Origin: a virus
Lineage: Duplodnaviria; Caudoviricetes
IMG/VR virus record: IMGVR_UViG_3300045285_000127
Span: 1-34,693 of that record
Length of the DNA: 34,693 bases
Direction: 5' to 3' (one strand)
Below the pieces are notes generated by a model. The model was not told the origin of the DNA, did not search any database, and was given only the letters and a program-made list of their open reading frames with translations. Position 1 is the stretch's first letter. Each line of letters opens with the position of its first letter. Below, in pieces: positions 28,818-34,693 of this stretch. Both the position numbers and the translations under genes were made by a program.

Positions 28818-29001
28818 AAATCAGGGGATAAATTTGATTAAAGATGAAATACAGCAACGAATAGAGACGATTAATAATGAAATGGCACAAGTTAGGTCCA
28901 GTTATGCAAAGCTTGAAGGTCATTTGGCAGAAGCTCAGCACTGGCTCTCGCAATTAGAATTAAAAAAAGAAAATGAAATAATATTGGACGATATTAATTA
29001 A
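28810..29001 (+). CDS. Small coiled-coil protein (possible fibre chaperone)
   Basis: Heptad pattern; overlaps the fibre stop. Confidence 0.55.
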   Translation: MYKNQGINLIKDEIQQRIETINNEMAQVRSSYAKLEGHLAEAQHWLSQLELKKENEIILDDIN

Positions 29002-29010
29002 GGAATAATA

Positions 29011-29817
29011 ATGGGCGTTAAAATTAGCAATTTACCTATTGTAGCCGTACCTGCTTTAACGGATGTTTTTCCTATCGTACAAGCTGGTGTAACATACAAA
29101 GAAAGCGGAACACAGCTTAGCAGTTTATTTGCTACAGCTGGAGCTAATAGCAATATAACTTCATTGACTGGTATAACAGGGGTTATTCAAGGACCCACAT
29201 TTATTAATGATATAAATGGCAATCATGAAATTGGATTTACTGCAACGGCATCAGCAGTAAATTATTTATCCATTGTCAATGCAGCTACTGGCGCCGCCGT
29301 AAAGCTTGAAGCCGCAGGAACTGACACCAATATAAATATGTCTATATTTGCCAAGGGAAGTGGTGGCGTTGGTATAGTAGGCAATAACGCTGGCCTTTTA
29401 AATCCAGTGGCATTCTATAATGGAACAGCAAATCAACATCAAACGCAATTTTATTTTGCAAACACAGCAAATACAAGAGCCGTGACTTTCCCTGACTTCG
29501 ATGGCACTGTATATTTATCATCTAAAGCGAATGGAGTGGAGGCTGCCAATGCAGTGACTGCAAATGGTACATCAGGAGTAATCACAACATCAGCATTAAC
29601 AACTGCAGCTGGTGCAAGTTATGCCATTACCTGGACAAATACTTTTATTGCATCGGCATCTATAATACTTTTAAGCTTAATGGGGGGTACAAATACTAAA
29701 AATACACTTCAACTAAAAGCCACTGCAGGAAGTGGGACATCCACTTTAACCCTAACCAATAATAATGCAGCTGCATTAGATGGCACGGTAATCATTGGAT
29801 ATATAGTTATCCCCTAG
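29011..29817 (+). CDS. Fibre/spike-like protein
   Basis: MGVKISNLP anchor motif, GANSNITSLTG, A/T/G-rich. Confidence 0.7.
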   Translation: MGVKISNLPIVAVPALTDVFPIVQAGVTYKESGTQLSSLFATAGANSNITSLTGITGVIQGPTFINDINGNHEIGFTATASAVNYLSIVNAATGAAVKLEAAGTDTNINMSIFAKGSGGVGIVGNNAGLLNPVAFYNGTANQHQTQFYFANTANTRAVTFPDFDGTVYLSSKANGVEAANAVTANGTSGVITTSALTTAAGASYAITWTNTFIASASIILLSLMGGTNTKNTLQLKATAGSGTSTLTLTNNNAAALDGTVIIGYIVIP

Positions 29818-30041
29818 GGAGATACTATTTCATATCCACGGCTTTTGCGTCGCTTCATCATGTTGGTTATGCATCGTTGCATTTCATCTTCTGAGTGAAC
29901 AAGCAAGTCTTTCTTGCCGCCTCTATTTGAATGAATTCCACCCCAGGAGTGCTTTAATACTATTTCGCTTTGTGCTTCTTTTTTAACAATTATCGTAAAG
30001 TAGCGGGATTTTTCTTTATTTATCCACTGGTAAACAGACAT
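29814..30041 (-). CDS. WGR-domain-like protein
   Basis: RYF.....WGG...RG...KRRKSRGY. Confidence 0.65.
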   Translation of the reverse strand: MSVYQWINKEKSRYFTIIVKKEAQSEIVLKHSWGGIHSNRGGKKDLLVHSEDEMQRCITNMMKRRKSRGYEIVSP

Positions 30042-30203
30042 AATTCTCCACCATTTCCTCGATGGCTTCCTGCATTTTTATTATTTTGTCCTCATCCATG
30101 AAGAACTTAGGGTCTTGCACATCTACTTCATCGCCATCAATATAAAATCTCAATATGTACACCTTTAGAACATCAAAGGACGGCCATGATAAAATATTAT
30201 GAT

Positions 30204-30398
30204 CTAGCGTGCAAGTATTTTTCTTTCAAAATATAATGGTTTTGGTAAAGATGCATAAAGATGATTATAAGATGGATGGACATTAATTATTATGACAACC
30301 ATTCCACACCTAGAACATTCCACATACTTTTCCAGTGTTTTACCGCGAGTATATCTTCCTATTTTCTTAAATTTATGAGGTCTTATGCAACATTTCAT
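30204..30398 (-). CDS. Small Cys/His protein (DUF1660-like)
   Basis: MKC...HKF...CSRCG; ATGA overlap with the resolvase. Confidence 0.55.
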   Translation of the reverse strand: MKCCIRPHKFKKIGRYTRGKTLEKYVECSRCGMVVIIINVHPSYNHLYASLPKPLYFERKILAR

Positions 30399-31012
30399 AT
30401 TGCATTCTTATTTGAATCAGAAGGAATATTAAAATGAGTAACTTTTGTTATTTTTTCTTGTTCTAAAATTTTATAAACACTTGCTCTAGATAATCCAAGG
30501 GATTGAGCTGTCTTCCTAATGCTAATATTTTGAGTAGTTATCATCTTCACTGCATCATTTCTCATTGCTTTGGTAATTTTTGATGGGCGACCTAAATGTC
30601 TACCAGCTAATCTTGCAGCTGCAATACCATCTTTTTGTCTTGATTTGATCATTGTACGTTCAAATTCTGCAAACGCTCCCATCATGTGAAGCATAAGGTT
30701 TGACAAAGGGTCTTTCTCAGCAGTAAAAGTTAAATTCTCCTTAACAAACTTAACTGAAACTCCTTTTTCGATAAGAGAATCAATTATCTCCTGGAGGTCA
30801 CGCAAATTTCGTGCCAACCTATCAATGCTTTCAACAACCAAAGTGTCACCGTCTCGAACATATTCTATGCATTCGATAAGTTTTTCACGGTTCTTAGTGC
30901 TTCCGCTCATGATATCGACAAACTCCTTGTCTAATTTTACACCCGATAACTGCCTTGCGGTATTTTGTCCTTGTGATGATACTCTGATGTAGCCGACAAC
31001 TTGATGGTTCAT
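30395..31012 (-). CDS. Small serine recombinase (resolvase/invertase family)
   Basis: GYIRVSS..Q, GDTLVVESIDRLARN, GAFAEFER, GRP, C-terminal HTH. Start moved to MNHQ at 31012. Confidence 0.92.
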   Translation of the reverse strand: MNHQVVGYIRVSSQGQNTARQLSGVKLDKEFVDIMSGSTKNREKLIECIEYVRDGDTLVVESIDRLARNLRDLQEIIDSLIEKGVSVKFVKENLTFTAEKDPLSNLMLHMMGAFAEFERTMIKSRQKDGIAAARLAGRHLGRPSKITKAMRNDAVKMITTQNISIRKTAQSLGLSRASVYKILEQEKITKVTHFNIPSDSNKNAI

Positions 31013-31014
31013 AA

Positions 31015-31236
31015 TCAAAACCAATGAAATCCATGGGCTATAATACCTGCAAGCCCAGCAATTATTGCTAATATCCATTTAAATTCTGATCTCATCTCTT
31101 TTCTAGAATCCTTTATTTCAGTTTCAATACGCAATAATGCATCATTGATATGAGATATAGACATCTCAACAAGAGCAACCCTAGTCTCTATACTATTAGG
31201 ATATTGGCTAACATTATCTTCGGGTTTTTTATTCAT
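31015..31236 (-). CDS. XhlA/DUF1640-like coiled-coil + TM protein
   Basis: ETRVALVE...EMRSEFKW...HGFHWF; paralog of 2475-2753. Confidence 0.65.
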   Translation of the reverse strand: MNKKPEDNVSQYPNSIETRVALVEMSISHINDALLRIETEIKDSRKEMRSEFKWILAIIAGLAGIIAHGFHWF

Positions 31237-31238
31237 TT

Positions 31239-31466
31239 TTAATCCTCGATCTCATGAATTATTTTTTTTGCTGCTTCAAATCCAGCCTTCCTGGCTTCCT
31301 CTGCGGTTTTAAATCCATGCTCACGCTTAAGAGTTTCTTTTTTTATGACTTCATATCCAAAACCATGCTGCTCATCGATATGATATATTCCAAAATTAAT
31401 ATTGCCATCTTGGTTATATTTTTTTTGCTCTGGATTATGAATTTCTTTTATGCCTGAAACCTGCAT
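31239..31466 (-). CDS. Hypothetical protein
   Basis: SD AGGAG; first gene of the resolvase operon. Confidence 0.6.
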   Translation of the reverse strand: MQVSGIKEIHNPEQKKYNQDGNINFGIYHIDEQHGFGYEVIKKETLKREHGFKTAEEARKAGFEAAKKIIHEIED

Positions 31467-31477
31467 TTTATCTCCTA

Positions 31478-31596
31478 TTTATAAGATAATTATAACACCT
31501 TTTACAGTCATGTATATAAAGGCATATATATTTATTTAATTACATACCATTTTACCGAGGTAGGTATATTGTTCATTAAGGTGTACCTTTATGACA
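31478..31596. promoter_or_regulatory. Candidate res site and promoter of the resolvase operon
   Basis: Inverted repeat TCATTAAGG-TGTA-CCTTTATGA at 31573-31594; - strand TATAAT near 31491-31496. Confidence 0.55.
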
Positions 31597-31604
31597 TATC
31601 AAAA

Positions 31605-31787
31605 TTATATATAGGGTATTATTTTTATTCTTATAGTTTTGTTTGATGGTTTATGGGGTTTTTCAAGATGCCACCATAGGGCATATTCTAGGCCGCAATT
31701 TTTACATGCCACATGTCTAGATATTAATCCTCCGGCAACATGATCCCATCGTCTTATAAATTTATGTTTTTTAAAAAAACATTTCAT
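31605..31787 (-). CDS. Small Cys/His protein, paralog of 30204-30398
   Basis: MKCFFKKHKF...CKNCG. Confidence 0.55.
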   Translation of the reverse strand: MKCFFKKHKFIRRWDHVAGGLISRHVACKNCGLEYALWWHLEKPHKPSNKTIRIKIIPYI

Positions 31788-31797
31788 TCTTCAATCT

Positions 31798-32088
31798 CTA
31801 CAGTTCATCAAAATATCTTTCCATCTCAAATTCAGGTAATTCAATTGGTAGCCAATGAGTAATTTCGCATTCTTCGCTGTATTCCCTCGAATAATTACAA
31901 TCGCATTCACACGTGTGACAATAACAAATAGTTCCAAGGATGAATTTTTCTCCATCCCAAAAGGCCATATTGGTCATTAGTTCATTATCGCCATGATGGT
32001 AAACCACAATAAATTCCGGGGTTATGTAACCTTCTTGCGGCTTAAATTCATCACCAGGTAATAAATTTTTTGCGCTATACCATTTCAT
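31798..32088 (-). CDS. DUF551-family protein
   Basis: MKWYSAKNLLP...ITHWLPI; start at 32088. Confidence 0.7.
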   Translation of the reverse strand: MKWYSAKNLLPGDEFKPQEGYITPEFIVVYHHGDNELMTNMAFWDGEKFILGTICYCHTCECDCNYSREYSEECEITHWLPIELPEFEMERYFDEL

Positions 32089-32161
32089 AATTATTTTCCT
32101 ATAAATAAAGTTTTCATAGATTATGACGATAGCAATATACATTAAACAATAAGAGAAATTA

Positions 32162-32350
32162 ATGATTATATCAGGCGAACAATTATTATTTTTGGTCCAA
32201 GTCCTCAAAGACTCTTTAGACATACAAATGGGTTATGATTGGAACTTCAAGTCTAATCGCGATCAAAGAAAAAAATTCCATGAAGAATTATTAAAATTAC
32301 TTTCCTCAGAGCAAATTAATGTTATTAATAATTTGAAGTTGGGTTTATAA
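32162..32350 (+). CDS. Hypothetical protein
   Basis: 62-aa ORF; N-terminus resembles 33385-33543. Confidence 0.5.
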   Translation: MIISGEQLLFLVQVLKDSLDIQMGYDWNFKSNRDQRKKFHEELLKLLSSEQINVINNLKLGL

Positions 32351-32386
32351 TAACAACTATTATTCAGTATTTAGATTGCATTCAAG

Positions 32387-32620
32387 ATGATAATACTTAA
32401 AAGCAAGCAAATCGTTGAAATTGATTTAAATCTGTATGGTAGCAATAAGATAATAGTAAGTGTTTATCATGATGAGCCAAAAGACCGATATTATTATACC
32501 TTATCAGATGCTGACACTTCAGAAGAAAGGTTTAAAAGCGGCTTGGTTAGTGGAGAAGTTGAGTCGCGAATGGATGCATTTAAACACATTGGTGCGTGGT
32601 ATGAAGAACCAGGTAATTAA
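32387..32620 (+). CDS. Hypothetical protein
   Basis: 77-aa ORF convergent with the DUF2829 gene. Confidence 0.55.
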   Translation: MIILKSKQIVEIDLNLYGSNKIIVSVYHDEPKDRYYYTLSDADTSEERFKSGLVSGEVESRMDAFKHIGAWYEEPGN

Positions 32621-32998
32621 TCATTCAATTGTTATCCAGTCTTCTGCTAAAAAAGAATCAAAGTCCGGGGTGAAAGGGAAGCATTCCATGGAATGGATTA
32701 CCAGACCTTTAGTAGAATTATCAAAATAAATGAATGATTCTTTCCATTGTTTCATTTTAGCTTTTGAACCTTTACGAATATAGGGAATGATGTCACAGAA
32801 TTTCATTTCCTCTTTGCAATCATCAACCAACCAGCCATCAGAAACCATAATATCTTCGTTGTAGTGGTATGAAGATAATTTTGGTTGAAATGACTTTACA
32901 TCTTCACCTTGCATCAAGAAATATAAGCCTTCACCCCAAGGTTTACGAGTAACTTTTGACCCATTTTTAAGCTTGTCCATTGCTTCGCAGAATTTCAT
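32621..32998 (-). CDS. Tandem double DUF2829 / Tad2-like protein
   Basis: Two units of MKFC.....KxGSK....W...Y/F......D.W. Confidence 0.75.
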   Translation of the reverse strand: MKFCEAMDKLKNGSKVTRKPWGEGLYFLMQGEDVKSFQPKLSSYHYNEDIMVSDGWLVDDCKEEMKFCDIIPYIRKGSKAKMKQWKESFIYFDNSTKGLVIHSMECFPFTPDFDSFLAEDWITIE

Positions 32999-33159
32999 TG
33001 CTTTTTCTCCATAATTAAAAATGGTGGGACATCTGGATTTTCATCAGAGCCTACCTCGTTAAGCTTACTAGGACATCGAAATGTGGTTGATTCAGCCTCG
33101 CCAAATGGCAAAATGAGGTGCTCTTCGATCACATGCGTCTTTTCGAGCTCCAATCCCAT
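32995..33159 (-). CDS. Small hypothetical protein
   Basis: MGLELEKTHV...; ATGA overlap with the next gene; start uncertain. Confidence 0.4.
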   Translation of the reverse strand: MGLELEKTHVIEEHLILPFGEAESTTFRCPSKLNEVGSDENPDVPPFLIMEKKQ

Positions 33160-33276
33160 AAAATGGTGACGGGCTTTCACCGTCTCCGATCCCTTGTACT
33201 GCCGACCTTGCAGGCATTTTATCTACTTTTGGCCGTTATGCTTGGCCTCTCAATGTTACCTAGGTTAATTGAGTTC

Positions 33277-33380
33277 TGGTGACAATCGGCAGGCTCTTCC
33301 CCTGCCACTTATAACACCCATGTGACGTATGTTATAGTTGCCACATATCAGGTCGCGTTTCGCATAACGCCTAGATTGTC
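33277..33380 (-). ncRNA. tRNA-like element with encoded CCA (non-canonical)
   Basis: 7-bp stem GACAATC/GATTGTC + ACCA; adjacent hairpin GGCAGG-GGAAGAG-CCTGCC; D-like arm GCGTT/AACGC; CTGATAT loop; long extra arm TATAACA/TGTTATA. Confidence 0.55.
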
Positions 33381-33384
33381 ATAA

Positions 33385-33543
33385 TTATTCCACATCCTTT
33401 AGTTCTTCGGATTGTTGATTATAAATTTTATTAATGAATTCCTCTCCACGCTGCGCTAATTCTGGATCGGTTAACCTAATTTCACGGACATATAATTGGG
33501 CTATTTGAATCAATTGCATTATCTGCTTTTCAGATATTTTCAT
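33385..33543 (-). CDS. Small hypothetical protein (52 aa)
   Basis: Own translation MKISEKQIMQLIQIAQ...NQQSEELKDVE; SD GGAGG; ATGA overlap. Confidence 0.6.
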   Translation of the reverse strand: MKISEKQIMQLIQIAQLYVREIRLTDPELAQRGEEFINKIYNQQSEELKDVE

Positions 33544-33725
33544 TCTACTACCTCCAAACATTTCTTACATCGTGTAGTTTGGTAATCATAATCTATATAG
33601 CAAATTGGATGTTCACAGTAGTTATCAATCATGTCTTGGAGTTTAGATAAAATATCTTTAGTTTTTGGATTTGCACATAGATTGCAATAAATTATACCAA
33701 GCTCTTCTTTGGAGAAATCATTCAT
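33540..33725 (-). CDS. Small Cys-rich protein
   Basis: MNDFSKEEL...YCEH...CKKC. Confidence 0.6.
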   Translation of the reverse strand: MNDFSKEELGIIYCNLCANPKTKDILSKLQDMIDNYCEHPICYIDYDYQTTRCKKCLEVVE

Positions 33726-33734
33726 CTTTTACCC

Positions 33735-34280
33735 TCACAGGCGTTTACAATAATCCGAGACATGCTGCTCTAATTCTTCAGATAATAGATTTTGCCAATA
33801 GTCAATCTGAGCTTCTATAAGGGCTTCACGGGAAGTATAAAGTTGTTTTTCAACAAGCCATGAATATCTATCTTTATCTTCGTAAATAAATTCCCCAGCA
33901 TCTATAGAATGTCTATCGACAATAAAAGATTCTATTTCATCGTCACAATTTACATACCACATTCTAGAGCCAACTTCATACTTAGGTTTTGGCTTACATG
34001 ATTTTAGCGCCTTATCAATGCATTCATTGCATATGCTTCGTTCTACATCTAATTTGTTACCACATTTACATCTTGGTTGGGTTAATTCGGTTAGCTTGGA
34101 TATTAAATCATCAATAGAATCAAATTTTCGAGGAGCCTGGTTAATAATCATTTGACAGGGCACGTTAACATAACAACCAAAACAACAATTATGCTCTATC
34201 ACTATAGAGTCACCAGATGAATTAGCGTATTCTTTAGCCAATTCATGCGCAATTTTAAGTTTATCGTAGTCAATAGTCAT
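33735..34280 (-). CDS. Hypothetical multi-module early protein
   Basis: MTIDYDKLK..., CxC...CxxC, PKYEVG...W...LY.SREAL; start uncertain (34280 or 34310). Confidence 0.6.
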   Translation of the reverse strand: MTIDYDKLKIAHELAKEYANSSGDSIVIEHNCCFGCYVNVPCQMIINQAPRKFDSIDDLISKLTELTQPRCKCGNKLDVERSICNECIDKALKSCKPKPKYEVGSRMWYVNCDDEIESFIVDRHSIDAGEFIYEDKDRYSWLVEKQLYTSREALIEAQIDYWQNLLSEELEQHVSDYCKRL

Positions 34281-34506
34281 TAGCACACCGTATTGAATTT
34301 TTCTCGTCATATGAAGTTGTAATGCCGTTTTCCAATAAAAATATTTTCAGTTTTAATTCTTCACATTTATTCTTCATTAATACTTGTTCTTCAGAAGAAT
34401 AAAGTGGCTTTCCTTGCCAGGGATTGCCGTTATACATCTCCATATCCCAGAATCCATTAGATTGGAGCTCTTCCTTTAGAGCTTTTAAGTTGTCGTAGTC
34501 AATCAT
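34270..34506 (-). CDS. Hypothetical early protein
   Basis: MIDYDNLK...; overlaps the next gene. Confidence 0.55.
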   Translation of the reverse strand: MIDYDNLKALKEELQSNGFWDMEMYNGNPWQGKPLYSSEEQVLMKNKCEELKLKIFLLENGITTSYDEKNSIRCANDY

Positions 34507-34693
34507 TCAATTTTTTTCACTATGAGGTTGAAGGAATAAACGCCTGATTCTTTTATTAATCCGTCGCATTGTTCTTTTAATTCAGCAAATAATGGAAGTA
34601 GTATCCAATCATGATTCAAATTGTCAAATTTGAAATAATCATTGTCTAAAGATATACCAGAGTGGAATGAGCCTATTACTTTTTCATCATTAT

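Larger units (their letters stand above)
1..34693. mobile_element. Bacteriophage with P22-like morphogenesis genes, probable phage-plasmid
   Basis: Complete packaging, head and short-tail gene set; no host housekeeping genes in the window. Confidence 0.9.

Noticed and set aside
4909-28953. Many short antisense or alternate-frame ORFs inside rep, terL, portal, coat, gp10-like and fibre genes
   Set aside because: Shadow ORFs of long genes with no recognisable motifs or RBS.
27057-29817. Diversity-generating retroelement acting on the fibres
   Set aside because: No reverse transcriptase, and no repeat pair differing only at adenines was seen.
23611-31012. Gin/Cin-type invertible tail-fibre cassette or shufflon
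   Set aside because: All fibre genes are on the + strand. I saw no inverted alternative C-termini or paired crossover sites, and the res-like site fits a resolvase better.
33277-33380. Canonical tRNA-Ile(GAT) or an attP site
   Set aside because: It lacks the TTC T-loop and D-loop GG, has a weak anticodon stem, and there is no integrase; kept only as tRNA-like.

Overview
This AT-rich window holds most of a podovirus genome with P22-like virion genes. Late module (+ strand, ~7.2-29.8 kb): M15 endolysin, TerS, TerL, portal, scaffold, P22-type coat, gp4-/gp10-like tail proteins, three putative ejection proteins and at least four fibre/receptor-binding genes. Early genes (Sak4-like AAA ATPase, DUF669 SSB-like, DUF551, DUF2829) lie on the - strand at both ends, as expected for a circle cut within the early operon. 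Replication uses an O-like initiator with three internal 22-bp iterons and a lambda-P-like loader. I see no integrase and no CI-type repressor. There is instead a small serine resolvase with a res-like site, a RelBE-type toxin-antitoxin pair and a candidate single-protein partition factor beside phased repeats, which suggests a phage-plasmid. Main unexplained signals: (1) GGA-loop hairpins of the CsrA/RsmA type at about ten late-gene leaders; (2) an unannotated 58-aa ORF sharing RIDLLCGF with the coat C-terminus through mostly different codons, directly upstream of a Tad2/DUF2829 gene; (3) a tandem double-Tad2 protein downstream of a CCA-ended tRNA-like RNA; (4) a kissing-loop RNA and antisense promoter upstream of the initiator. 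A gammaproteobacterial, possibly Legionellales-like host is a weak inference. All family calls and RNA pairings were made by eye; no searches were run.
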